Shown: positions 7,890-16,396 of the stretch, piece by piece | How the letters are laid out: each line of letters opens with the position of its first letter | Numbering within the stretch: position 1 is the stretch's first letter | IMG/VR virus record: IMGVR_UViG_3300033996_000365 | DNA from: an uncultured virus (IMG/VR IMGVR_UViG_3300033996_000365) | Lineage: Duplodnaviria; Heunggongvirae; Uroviricota; Caudoviricetes | Length of the DNA: 20,000 bases | Direction: 5' to 3' (one strand) | Notes under the pieces: model-generated | What the model was told of the DNA's origin: nothing | What the model saw: only the letters and a program-made list of their open reading frames with translations | The model's database searches: none | Program-made: the position numbers and the translations under genes

Positions 7890-8143
7890 CCGTTCACCGC
7901 CTTGTCGTACTCGCGCTGCTGCCCTGTGATCTGGGCAATCTGCTCGTCAGTCCAGATGGTGTTGATGCTGTCTTCGAAAGCTTTAATCTTTTCCATGGTG
8001 TCATTCACTTCTTCCATCGTTGGGCAAGGGCGTGGATCATCCCATACGCTGAAGAAGTTGTTGGTGATCTCCCAACGAGCGCCCGGACGTAGCAGGTGCA
8101 TCGCTGTATCAATCCCTACCATCATGTAGATTTTGCTGTCCAT
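7886..8143 (-). CDS. Small XkdW-like fibre-associated protein
   Basis: AMHLLRPGARW.I......WDDPRPCPT.EEV pattern; AAAGGA SD; follows a fibre gene. Confidence 0.6.
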   Translation of the reverse strand: MDSKIYMMVGIDTAMHLLRPGARWEITNNFFSVWDDPRPCPTMEEVNDTMEKIKAFEDSINTIWTDEQIAQITGQQREYDKAVNG

Positions 8144-8151
8144 AAGTCCTT

Positions 8152-9765
8152 TTATGAGTTTAGTTTAAGGATGACTACGCCAGATCCGCCACTTCCGCCT
8201 GTTGACGCTCCGACATTTTCACGTTGACCACCACCGCCACCATTTCCTGTGTTTGTTAATCCGTTTGCGCCATTGATTGCGGGGGATGCATAAAGCCCAC
8301 CGCCAGCGCCAGCAGCATAAGTGACAGAACTCCCGCTAATTGATGAAGAGCTTCCATTGCCGCCAATGCCGGGAGCGTTACTAAATCCACCGCCTCCAGC
8401 CCCGCCTGCGCCGCCGCCACCGCCAGCGCCATAGAAAGGCCCATTAGGATTACCGCTGCCCCCGTTATTACCTTGACTTGGATTTGTGGACGGTGTGTTG
8501 CCAGCAGCACCAGCACCACCGAATCCAGCTCCGCCACCGCCAGATCCGCCAGTGCTGCCTGCATTAGTTTGTCCTGCCGCTGATGATCCACCTCTACCGC
8601 CACCATTTGATGTAATGGTTGAAAAAGAAGAGTTGGAACCGTTTGATCCGTTGGCCTGAGAAACACCAGCACCACCGGCTCCAACAGTTACAGTATATGA
8701 AGTTCCAGAAGTAACGGAAAATGCCGTTCCAGTTCTAAACCCACCAGCGCCGCCTCCGCCGCCAACTTCTCCACCGCCAGCACCACCACCCGCTACTACT
8801 AGGTAGTCCACACTGACCACGCCCGGCGGACAAGTCCACGAGCCTGTATTGGTAAACGTCAGCACGCCTGTCTGTGGGGCTAGGTATCTAATAATGACAA
8901 TGCCGCTGCCGCCGGTGCCGCCTTGCCCGTTGCCACCGGCACCACCGCCGCCACCTCCACCCGTGTTTACTGTTCCATTAGAACCTGTTGCAGCATTCGT
9001 GTAGCCCCCGTTAGCGCCGCCTCCAGATCCACCAATACCATTTAGAATGGTATTAGGTTGAAAGCCACCGCCACCACCGCCACCACCATAAGTGGTTGAG
9101 CTGCCCGTGATAGAAGAAATTTGACCGTTGCCGCCGTTTCCAGACTGTCCGGTTACACCATTTGCTCCAACCGCACCAGCACCTCCACCACCACCTGTGG
9201 GGAAATTACTAGAACCAACAAATATTCCAGTTCCGCCGTTGTTGCCTTGCGATGGCGTTACTGCTGGAGTGTTGCCATTTCCACCAAGCCTAGTTCCAGA
9301 AGGAAAAGCACCACCACCACCACCGCCGGAACCGCCATCAGTGCCAACAGTACCAAGATTTCCACCACGACCCCCGCCGTTTGAAGTGATGGACGAGAAT
9401 ATGGAATTTGCGCCAGAGGTTGCAGAAACTCCGCCTGCACCAACGGTAATTGAATATGTTGTTCCCGGAATTACTGCAAGCCCAGTACCCGTTCTAAATC
9501 CGCCTGCTCCACCACCACCAGCAAAGTCAACACCACCACCGCCGCCACCTGCCACTACCAGATAATCTACCTGCGACACGCCGTCAGGGCATGTCCACGA
9601 GCCGGAAGCCGTGAATGACAGCACCACCGTGTTGGTAGGTATGCCCGGCCACACGCCTGCTTTTATAGCCTGTAATGCCTGCTGTAGCGTCCAGATGCCA
9701 GATGCCTGCGTCGTGCTCGGTATGACCGGCGCACGCGTCATTATTCTGCCGGGATAATCACTCAT
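8152..9765 (-). CDS. Glycine-rich tail fibre / adhesin 2 (two tandem Gly-rich domains)
   Basis: 537 aa; N-terminal YPG.I...ASGIW head; two copies of FT.xGxWTxPxGV..VDYLVVAGGG...GGSG(I/V)VI(I/L)(R/K). Confidence 0.85.
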   Translation of the reverse strand: MSDYPGRIMTRAPVIPSTTQASGIWTLQQALQAIKAGVWPGIPTNTVVLSFTASGSWTCPDGVSQVDYLVVAGGGGGGVDFAGGGGAGGFRTGTGLAVIPGTTYSITVGAGGVSATSGANSIFSSITSNGGGRGGNLGTVGTDGGSGGGGGGAFPSGTRLGGNGNTPAVTPSQGNNGGTGIFVGSSNFPTGGGGGAGAVGANGVTGQSGNGGNGQISSITGSSTTYGGGGGGGGFQPNTILNGIGGSGGGANGGYTNAATGSNGTVNTGGGGGGGAGGNGQGGTGGSGIVIIRYLAPQTGVLTFTNTGSWTCPPGVVSVDYLVVAGGGAGGGEVGGGGGAGGFRTGTAFSVTSGTSYTVTVGAGGAGVSQANGSNGSNSSFSTITSNGGGRGGSSAAGQTNAGSTGGSGGGGAGFGGAGAAGNTPSTNPSQGNNGGSGNPNGPFYGAGGGGGAGGAGGGGFSNAPGIGGNGSSSSISGSSVTYAAGAGGGLYASPAINGANGLTNTGNGGGGGQRENVGASTGGSGGSGVVILKLNS

Positions 9766-11363
9766 GTCTTACCTTATTGATTGCACTTGATGATGACAAT
9801 ACCAGAGCCGCCGTTACCTGCGGTAAAGCTGCCATAGCCTAGAGCGCCGCCACCACCACCACCACCGAGATTGTCAGTGCCATTCGTAGCATTTTGCCCA
9901 GTTCCACCGCCTGACGTTCCTCTCGCTCCGGTTCCGCCGCCGCCAGAACCTCCAATTCCAATTATTTTCTTTGGAGATTGAGATGTATCTGTATCCACTC
10001 CGCCACCGCCACCACCAGCGTATGTGACGGACGAACCAGAAATAGAGGATGCTGTTCCTGCTCCACCGTTCCCACCGCCTGAACTTGTTGCCGCAGCACC
10101 AGCAGCAGAAGCACCGCCACCACCACCGCCATTTGTAAAACTAATGTTGTCAGTGTTTCCTACGCCGCCATTATTTCCTTGAGATGGAGATGTAACCGGA
10201 GTATTTCCTGCGCCGCCAGCTCCAGTTGCAGCACCGCCACCACCACCAGAACCACCGGCTCGACCAGTATTATTTGTAGTTGCTCCGCCACCACCGCCGC
10301 CGTTAGAGGTTATGGTGCTAAATACGGAATTTGCGCCATTCGATCCTTGACTGGTATCAGCCGCTGCGCGAGCGCCACCAGCGCCAACTGTTACGGTGTA
10401 GGTAGTGCCAGCGGTTATAGCAAGCGCAGATCCTGTTCTATAACCACCTGCTCCACCACCGCCATAGTTGCCACCACCACCACCGCCACCAGCCACAACC
10501 AGATAGTCCACGCTCGTCACGCCGACAGGAGCAGTCCACTGGGCAGTAGAGTTGAACACAAAGATAGACTGATTAGGTGCTGTGTAGCGTAGGATGACAA
10601 TACCAGAGCCGCCAGCGCCTCCAGTAATCCCAGTAGCATCTGAGGCATTTCTTGCTCCACCGCCACCACCTCCAGTGTTAGCTGTTCCATTAACAGCATC
10701 GTTGCTAGTTCCGGTTCCTCCTGCTCCACCACCGCCAGAGCCGCCAGCGCCACCGGGCGCTGATGACGCGCAGCCTCCGCCGCCGCCAGCATAAGTTACG
10801 CTACTTCCAGTTATGGAAGACGCAGTACCATTCCCACCTGCTGCTACTCCGGGTGATGAACCAGTTCCCCCAACAGCAGAAGCACCACCCCCACCACCAC
10901 CAAACCCACTGTTTAAAGCCCCTCCTGTGCCACCGTTATTTCCTTGAGACGGAGAAGTAGATGGAGTGTTTCCTACTCCTCCAGCGCCAGAAGCACTGCC
11001 GGGAGAAAAAACATTACCGCCACCACCGCCGGAGCCTCCATTTGAACCAACAGTTCCATTGTTTGGGCCTCCGGGCCAATAGCCGCCGCCACCGCCACCA
11101 TTAGACGTAATAGTGGAGAAAATTGAATTGCCGCCGTTCGACCCTTGATTTCCGGTTGTGGCGCTTAAAGCACCCGCACCACCAGCGCCTACAGTAATTT
11201 GATATGTTGCGCCCGGAGTTACGGGTAACGCAGAGCCGGTTCTAAACCCACCAGCTCCTCCACCGCCACCACCACGCTGTCCGCCGCCGCCACCACCCGC
11301 CACCACCAGATAATCTACAGCCGTCACACCCGCAGGAACAGTAAAGAAGCCAGATGCAGTAAA
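8155..11363 (-). repeat. Four dispersed copies of a ~240-260 aa Gly-rich domain (approx. 11363-10584, 10557-9777, 9615-8882, 8858-8155)
   Basis: Shared anchors VDYLVVAGGG, GGAGG(F/Y)RTG, ITSNGGG, GNTP...PSQGNNGG, SSI(S/T)GSS; exact DNA repeats gatgacaataccagagccgcc (9792-9812, 10593-10613), gttctaaacccaccagc (8732-8748, 11239-11255), accagataatctac (9557-9570, 11305-11318). Confidence 0.9.
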
Positions 11364-11486
11364 TGTCTGGACAACAGTTACCCCTCTAGGCCAACTACCT
11401 AGATTCCAAATGCCGGACGCAAAGCCGGGCGTGTACAGCGGCGAAGTCGCGCTGATAATGTTGCCGGGATACCCGTGAATCGCCAT
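9774..11486 (-). CDS. Glycine-rich tail fibre / adhesin 1 (two tandem Gly-rich domains), paralog of 8152..9765
   Basis: 570 aa; same YPG.I...ASGIW head and two VDYLVVAGGG...GGSGIVI domains; GGAG SD. Confidence 0.85.
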   Translation of the reverse strand: MAIHGYPGNIISATSPLYTPGFASGIWNLGSWPRGVTVVQTFTASGFFTVPAGVTAVDYLVVAGGGGGGQRGGGGGGAGGFRTGSALPVTPGATYQITVGAGGAGALSATTGNQGSNGGNSIFSTITSNGGGGGGYWPGGPNNGTVGSNGGSGGGGGNVFSPGSASGAGGVGNTPSTSPSQGNNGGTGGALNSGFGGGGGGASAVGGTGSSPGVAAGGNGTASSITGSSVTYAGGGGGCASSAPGGAGGSGGGGAGGTGTSNDAVNGTANTGGGGGGARNASDATGITGGAGGSGIVILRYTAPNQSIFVFNSTAQWTAPVGVTSVDYLVVAGGGGGGGNYGGGGAGGYRTGSALAITAGTTYTVTVGAGGARAAADTSQGSNGANSVFSTITSNGGGGGGATTNNTGRAGGSGGGGGAATGAGGAGNTPVTSPSQGNNGGVGNTDNISFTNGGGGGGASAAGAAATSSGGGNGGAGTASSISGSSVTYAGGGGGGVDTDTSQSPKKIIGIGGSGGGGTGARGTSGGGTGQNATNGTDNLGGGGGGGALGYGSFTAGNGGSGIVIIKCNQ

Positions 11487-11495
11487 CGCCGCTCC

Positions 11496-11897
11496 TTACG
11501 AGCTGATCTGTTCGTAGCTTACCGAGAAGGATATTGCGTTGTTCGTGCCGCTGGCAACGATGACAGCCTTATCCTCCAGCAGATAAGTGGCCGTCGTCTT
11601 GTCCATCACAATCAGCGACGCAAACGCAGGAACAGAAATGTTTGATGCAATCGGGAATGCGTTAGCCGATGTCACCACCACAGCGTTACCTGCCGCAACG
11701 TTGCCGCTGGTGAAAATCATCACCGTGCAGTTGGCCGCAGTATTGGTCTGGTTCGCAGCCACAATCTGGTCTAGCTTGAAAACGTTGCCAGAGTTGACCG
11801 CGTTGGTAACGAGTACAAAGTTAGACGTGTTTGCAGGCGTCAGATATGTGGTCTGACCGTAAATTTGTGTCACATTGACAATGTTAGGATTTGGCAC
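11496..11897 (-). CDS. Small beta-rich tail/fibre-associated structural protein
   Basis: GTG start with AGGAG; M.NPNIVNVT.IYG.T N-terminus, ISVPA.ASLIV.DK....YL.ED, C-terminal SYE.IS. Confidence 0.8.
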   Translation of the reverse strand: MPNPNIVNVTQIYGQTTYLTPANTSNFVLVTNAVNSGNVFKLDQIVAANQTNTAANCTVMIFTSGNVAAGNAVVVTSANAFPIASNISVPAFASLIVMDKTTATYLLEDKAVIVASGTNNAISFSVSYEQISS

Positions 11898-11908
11898 AGC
11901 GTTCTCCT

Positions 11909-12424
11909 TTATGAGTGGTTAGCGTAAGCGCCGTGATACGTTTCACGAGCCTCTACCGCAACAAGTTCAGCAATTTCAAAATCGTCAAAGTAGCCAATGT
12001 TCTTACGCTTTTTGTTTATGTCCACGTAGACAAACCACTTTCCTGTTGCCTTGTGCCAAGAAACTCCCTTGGCTTTAGAAGTGTTGTTTGAAAACAGCCG
12101 CCGATTGCTTGCGTTTTGCGCAACCGTGGCAGACCGTAGATTCTCTATCCGATTATCTAGCGTGTCACGATTAATGTGATCTAGCTGCTCCGGCACGTAT
12201 CCATGATGCCATAGGAAAATTAGCTTATGAACACACCAATGCTCTCCACAAATTTTTGTGGATACATATCTGGCATTTCTTTGCCCTAAGTTTTTTGCAG
12301 CATAGTTACCAACCTTGGATCCAGCTTTATTTGCCGGACCCGCGCCCGATACCTTGCGTATCAAGTACCCATCTTCGTGATACTCGAACAACTCTCTTGC
12401 CCTGTCTTGAGTAATTGTTGTCAT
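11909..12424 (-). CDS. Free-standing HNH homing endonuclease with C-terminal AP2-like DNA-binding domain
   Basis: HKLIFLWHHG..PEQLDHINRDTLDNRIENLRSAT..QN..N (HNH_3 type); NNTS..KGVSWHKATGKW......KKRKNIGYF (AP2-like); visibly AT-richer than the flanks. Confidence 0.92.
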   Translation of the reverse strand: MTTITQDRARELFEYHEDGYLIRKVSGAGPANKAGSKVGNYAAKNLGQRNARYVSTKICGEHWCVHKLIFLWHHGYVPEQLDHINRDTLDNRIENLRSATVAQNASNRRLFSNNTSKAKGVSWHKATGKWFVYVDINKKRKNIGYFDDFEIAELVAVEARETYHGAYANHS

Positions 12425-12425
12425 T

Positions 12426-13094
12426 TTAGAAACCGAAGATCATAGCCATAGCGATGGCTTTGCCCGTGGTGATGCCAGACGCAGTAGGAGTCTGGCTGAC
12501 CCAATGCGTTCCGTTACTTGTTAGTACATTGTTTGCCGTACCAGGCGCAACCAGCGTCACCGTGCCGGTGTTGTTGCCAACCACCACGCTGCCCAGTGTC
12601 AGGTTTGCCCTGCCCGTGCCGCCGTTAGAAACAGTCAGCGGGTTGGCAATCGTAACGTTGGAAGCTGCAAACTCTGTGATGTAAGTTGTGGTCTCGGCGA
12701 CATTGATGCTGTCGTTGAAGATCACCATCGATCTGCCATTCGGAACCGTTACCGTGGTGCCCGTCGGCGACGCATTCGACCCGTTGGAAATAACCACCGA
12801 GTTCGACAGATTGTTGACGATGATGTACTGCTTCTCTATCGGCGGGATAAACAGCGTCTGACGGTTGGTAATCGTGCCAACCAGATTTAACTCTAGGTTA
12901 CGCGCCACCTGCGTCGCGTTCGTGTCGGTCAGCGCAATAGCAACGTTAGAGCTGGCAAACGTAACGTTGGCTGACCCAGTAATCGCTTCTTCTAGCGCAG
13001 TGCCCAAGTTGGTATTCGTGGTAACGCCCCACGTACCGGCCTGATCGCCCGTGCCAATTAACTCAATCTTCAGGCTGCTATATGTGCTTGCCAT
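12426..13094 (-). CDS. Tail fibre proximal / attachment-type structural protein
   Basis: MASTYS.LKIELIGTGDQAGTWG.TTNTNL N-terminus; PL.VSNGGTG and GTANNVLTSNG fibre motifs; C-terminal TGKAIAMAMIFG. Confidence 0.75.
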   Translation of the reverse strand: MASTYSSLKIELIGTGDQAGTWGVTTNTNLGTALEEAITGSANVTFASSNVAIALTDTNATQVARNLELNLVGTITNRQTLFIPPIEKQYIIVNNLSNSVVISNGSNASPTGTTVTVPNGRSMVIFNDSINVAETTTYITEFAASNVTIANPLTVSNGGTGRANLTLGSVVVGNNTGTVTLVAPGTANNVLTSNGTHWVSQTPTASGITTGKAIAMAMIFGF

Positions 13095-13106
13095 GATGTT
13101 TCCTTA

Positions 13107-14078
13107 CTAAATTGTGTTTATGAGCTGCCAACTCGTGTTGTCTGTCGTGCTCAAAGTTCCCCAGCCCGGCGACTGCGGATTGTTTATCTCCACCCAATCA
13201 GCCGTCTGACTATCATTTATCAACTCCCACAAATACCTGCAACTGACAACATCTGATGCTCTAGCACTTTCTGTAGAAAATACGTCATTGTCGGATTCTG
13301 CTCCATCTACATCTAAAGCGGTCGTGTTCTCCGTAATCGTGACCATGAACTGCGCCAAGGCGCTAATCATGTCTTCCGTCGATACAGATTCCGCGATGTT
13401 TGCAACAGTGATTCTGGTTACGTTCGCCGTGTCTGATATCGCCGCAGACTCGCTGACCGCACCTGCAATACCAAATCCGCTCTTAACCTCTACCGATGCG
13501 TTCGCAGTTTCACTTGCTACGCTCGTAAATACAAGTCCGCCCGCTACCGTGTCTGACGCATTCGCACTCTCGCTGACGCTTCTCTCTACTGTTACAAACG
13601 TCCTGACCGTATCACTCGCATTTGCCGTCTCGCGTACCGCTGCGCCAAACGTTGCCTGCGCTGCTACCGTTTCCGACGCCGTCACAGATTCCGACACCGC
13701 GCTGGTAAAGATCACCAGACTGCTGACCACATCTGTGATCGATGCCGACTCGGATACAGCACCGGATAAAACAAACGTGCTTGATACCTGATCCGCCGCC
13801 GTTACCGCTTCTGCTATCGTCGCCGTCGCATTCAGCGCAGCAGCTACGATGTCTACAACCTGTACTGATTCCGATACTGTCGCTGCTATCGGCGGTGTTG
13901 CCGCTACGTTGACGCTATCTGATGCGGTAATTAAACCGCCGTTACCAAGTCCCCAACCGTCTGATCCCCACGGGCCGTTACCCCAGCCAGCATTCGAAAT
14001 AAGCGGATAGTAGACCGAGCAGCCCCAACCGGCCTCGCCCCATGTGCCACTACCAAATCCGCCATCGACTTGCGCCAC
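13107..14078 (-). CDS. Structural protein with GW-rich N-terminus and 20-aa tandem repeats (fibre/shaft-like)
   Basis: GTG start after GGAG; GFGSGTWGEAGWG / GWGNGPWGSDGWG; about 11 repeats of the xxVSESAxASDxVxxxxxFx type; Trp-spaced C-terminus. Confidence 0.75.
   Translation of the reverse strand: MAQVDGGFGSGTWGEAGWGCSVYYPLISNAGWGNGPWGSDGWGLGNGGLITASDSVNVAATPPIAATVSESVQVVDIVAAALNATATIAEAVTAADQVSSTFVLSGAVSESASITDVVSSLVIFTSAVSESVTASETVAAQATFGAAVRETANASDTVRTFVTVERSVSESANASDTVAGGLVFTSVASETANASVEVKSGFGIAGAVSESAAISDTANVTRITVANIAESVSTEDMISALAQFMVTITENTTALDVDGAESDNDVFSTESARASDVVSCRYLWELINDSQTADWVEINNPQSPGWGTLSTTDNTSWQLINTI
13224..13883 (-). repeat. About 11 degenerate 60-bp (20-aa) coding tandem repeats
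   Basis: ATVSESVQVVDIVAAALNAT / ATIAEAVTAADQVSSTFVLS / GAVSESASITDVVSSLVIFT / SAVSESVTASETVAAQATFG / AAVRETANASDTVRTFVTVE / RSVSESANASDTVAGGLVFT ... with a conserved Glu every 20 aa. Confidence 0.85.
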
Positions 14079-14081
14079 ATA

Positions 14082-14255
14082 TTACTCCGCAGACTCCAAC
14101 TCATCTTGCTTAAACCAGCGCGAATGAACCTGACCATCATCGCCAGTCCAATCAAGCAAACACCATACGGTGCCATCCTCATCCATACGCATGGAGGAAA
14201 TCGGACCCTGCGGTACAACTGCCTTGAGCTTTACAACGTCACCCTTCTTGTACAT
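14082..14255 (-). CDS. 57-aa small protein, SH3-like / YodC (DUF2158)-like
   Basis: Below track cutoff; AGGAG SD; MYKKGDVVKLKAVVPQGPISSMRMDEDGTVWCLLDWTGDDGQVHSRWFKQDELESAE fills the gap between neighbours. Confidence 0.75.
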   Translation of the reverse strand: MYKKGDVVKLKAVVPQGPISSMRMDEDGTVWCLLDWTGDDGQVHSRWFKQDELESAE

Positions 14256-14267
14256 GTTCAGCTCCTA

Positions 14268-14843
14268 TCAGGTCGCATCAAGGTTGAAAGAGTAGGTAAC
14301 GTTCAGAACGTCACCGCTCACCACCGTACGGTCGCCAGGCGCTTGGAAGTCGGACACCGAGAACAGCAGGCCAGATGTGCCAGTTGCCACGTTCGCCAAG
14401 AAAGCACCTGCAATGGTCGCATTCGCGTTCATCGTAAACGACGCAGTAGAAGATGCGTTGTTGATGTTCGATGGATCCGCCAACGTTGCCGCACCAAATG
14501 TTGCAGCTTTGCGGTTACCAACATAGCTGGAGTTCTCGTCCCAGCCAGGATGGGTTGGCAAAGTATCGCCACCAGAGAACGTGGTGCTGGCAGACGTGCC
14601 ATTCACCAAACCGATATACCAAGCAGCCGTGTAAGTACTGCCAGTGAAGTACTTGTTATTCATGTCTTGCAAGCCGACATTCACAACGAGGTTCGGGCAA
14701 ATATCTACCCACTTTTCGTTGCCTGTGCTGTCATAGCAGGTGACGGTAAACACACCGCCTGCCGACAGCTTCTCATCAAAGCCTGTTTTACGAGCGACAG
14801 CGCCGTTGACGGTTTCGCTTGACTTAGAAGTTTCAATGCTCAT
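14268..14843 (-). CDS. Tail-associated structural protein
   Basis: GAGGAG SD; GVFTVTCYD..G..KW....NLVVNVG...WYIGL...GDVLNVTYSF beta-rich pattern typical of tail-module genes. Confidence 0.75.
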   Translation of the reverse strand: MSIETSKSSETVNGAVARKTGFDEKLSAGGVFTVTCYDSTGNEKWVDICPNLVVNVGLQDMNNKYFTGSTYTAAWYIGLVNGTSASTTFSGGDTLPTHPGWDENSSYVGNRKAATFGAATLADPSNINNASSTASFTMNANATIAGAFLANVATGTSGLLFSVSDFQAPGDRTVVSGDVLNVTYSFNLDAT

Positions 14844-14852
14844 AGCTACTCC

Positions 14853-15278
14853 TCAATTAATACGTATCAGCGCACTCGACGCCGTGTCAGGTGGCAACAC
14901 TACGGAAAACGTGCCGTTGCCAGCCTGCGTCTTGTCACTACCAAAATCCAAAGTGGCTACCGACGCATTTGCTCGAGTGAAGTTGTATATCAACGCCCCT
15001 CTAGTTACAAACTGTGCCGGGTTCCACACCACATTATCAAAGCTCACATACACAATTCCGTTACTGGTCGAGTTGACGGTAACGTTTGCCAACGTCTGAC
15101 CACCAGCCACGTACCCAGCGCCAGTAATCTCGTTGGTTGAAGTGTACTCATTTGTGTTCTGATCTAGCTCTACGTACCCGTCGTACAAAGCCATCTTCAA
15201 AGTGTCCGACGCAATGTTCTGGCGGCCATTCAGAATGTCCACCTTGAACTTAGTAGTCAGACCTTGGTAAATCGTCAT
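14853..15278 (-). CDS. Tail-associated structural protein
   Basis: FK.DIL.G.......DTLKMALY...Y...NE..G.GY.AGG..L...RGALIYN...LDFGSDK...F.V..P.....ALIRI pattern; 4-nt overlap with the adaptor gene. Confidence 0.75.
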   Translation of the reverse strand: MTIYQGLTTKFKVDILNGRQNIASDTLKMALYDGYVELDQNTNEYTSTNEITGAGYVAGGQTLANVTVNSTSNGIVYVSFDNVVWNPAQFVTRGALIYNFTRANASVATLDFGSDKTQAGNGTFSVVLPPDTASSALIRIN

Positions 15279-15958
15279 GTGACCCTCACCCTAACCTGAC
15301 CACTACGGTATGCGTCCTGACGCTCCATACCATCGCCCAGACGTTTCAGTTGACCCATAGCCTCGTTGTACTTGGCCTCGACGTTGGCAATCAAATCCTG
15401 CTCACCCTTCATGTACAAGTACGCCTCGCGCAAGCTGCCATACAACAGCACCGGATCGTAATTGTCGCCGAGCCATGTCCGACCATCAGGCGCAGTCGTG
15501 ATTGACTCTGGGTAGTAGTAGTAATGCAGCTCTACCGTGTACGCCGCATTTGGCGTCGGACCCAAGATAAATGACAGCTCGTCCGTCACAACATTGCTAG
15601 TAGTCGTTGGCCCAAAGATCGCGTAGTACTGCGGCAATCCTGTATCCGCTGGCGTAGGGTAAGCAGCCCGAATGTAGTTCACATCCTTGTTCAGAAGGTA
15701 GTGATACTCCTCGGTTGCCGTGCCGTAGTTCTCAATCACAGCCAGCGAGTACACCGCTAGGAAATCACCCGGCGCAGACAGGTACTTGTTGTTGGTCGAC
15801 AGGATGCCGGTCTTGTTTGCACGCAGCGCAGGTATCTGCACCGTGTTGTAGACGCGAGTTTCCGTCTGACGAATAAACGTCGGAATGTAGGAGATAAACT
15901 CCTGTTCGTAGTTTTCCGTGTACGACTGAATAGCCGCGACCAACTCCGTGTACGTCAT
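15275..15958 (-). CDS. Head-tail adaptor-like protein (podovirus gatekeeper/adaptor)
   Basis: MTYTEL..AIQSYTEN....IPTFI.Q.E.R; G.P.YYA; LGPTP...YTVELHYYYYP; TWL......LLYGSL.EAY.YMKG. Confidence 0.7.
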   Translation of the reverse strand: MTYTELVAAIQSYTENYEQEFISYIPTFIRQTETRVYNTVQIPALRANKTGILSTNNKYLSAPGDFLAVYSLAVIENYGTATEEYHYLLNKDVNYIRAAYPTPADTGLPQYYAIFGPTTTSNVVTDELSFILGPTPNAAYTVELHYYYYPESITTAPDGRTWLGDNYDPVLLYGSLREAYLYMKGEQDLIANVEAKYNEAMGQLKRLGDGMERQDAYRSGQVRVRVT

Positions 15959-16230
15959 GCCATCGGACCCCTAGCCATCACACCCTTGGTAGCCGCGCCC
16001 GTGCCACGAATCTTGATGCCGGTAGTCTTGGTGTCTTCCCGACCAGGATCGCCCGCAGACACGCGCTGCACAGCCGTGCGTGGACCCAGCTTGTCAACAG
16101 CGATGTTGTTGGGATCTTCCATCTTCTTCAGCTTGGCAGACACAGCCTTGCCAGTCATCGTGTGAGGAGGCGCATAAACCGAAGCGGGACCAACTTCCTT
16201 CCCACCCTTCTTCATCGAGTACTTTGCCAT
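15955..16230 (-). CDS. Small basic protein (91 aa) with MKKGG and C-terminal RGTGAATKG motif
   Basis: Start re-assigned to ATG 16230 (GAGG upstream, just after the stop of 16238..16390); MAKYSMKKGGKEVG...KTTGIKIRGTGAATKGVMARGPMA. Confidence 0.75.
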   Translation of the reverse strand: MAKYSMKKGGKEVGPASVYAPPHTMTGKAVSAKLKKMEDPNNIAVDKLGPRTAVQRVSAGDPGREDTKTTGIKIRGTGAATKGVMARGPMA

Positions 16231-16237
16231 ATCAGCC

Positions 16238-16390
16238 TCACTTGGTTTTCTGGTTCTGAATACGTGCCTCATTCCGCCCGTATTTTTTCAGATCAGCAGT
16301 GGTCACGCCACCTTTTTTCATGCCTTTGTGCATACGCTTCTCATGCGCTTTCACCTCGGCTTTGGCTACCTGCTTCATCTTGTCCATCAT
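16238..16390 (-). CDS. Small basic protein (50 aa) with MKKGG motif
   Basis: Below track cutoff; AGGAG SD; MMDKMKQVAKAEVKAHEKRMHKGMKKGGVTTADLKKYGRNEARIQNQKTK. Confidence 0.75.
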   Translation of the reverse strand: MMDKMKQVAKAEVKAHEKRMHKGMKKGGVTTADLKKYGRNEARIQNQKTK

Positions 16391-16396
16391 TCACTC

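Noticed and set aside
7587..8129. 180-aa plus-strand ORF
   Set aside because: Antisense to the oxygenase and XkdW-like genes; no family features
9121..10960. Pro-rich plus-strand ORFs (9128..9565, 10594..10794, 10179..10592 and others)
   Set aside because: Antisense shadows of poly-Gly codons (GGN read as NCC/CCN); no independent evidence
8152..11486. Diversity-generating retroelement or invertible cassette acting on the fibres
   Set aside because: No reverse transcriptase or invertase in the window, no ~100-bp near-identical TR/VR pair with adenine-specific differences, and the repeats I found are short and direct
8152..11486. CRISPR-like or microsatellite array from ccaccaccgcc runs
   Set aside because: The runs encode poly-Gly; no constant repeat-spacer periodicity
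11909..12424. Group I intron or intein housing the HNH
   Set aside because: Flanking genes are intact with their own stop and start; no non-coding sequence for a ribozyme
13288..15099. Long plus-strand ORFs 13288..13791, 14070..14822, 14740..15099
   Set aside because: Lie wholly opposite well-supported minus-strand genes; no recognisable motifs
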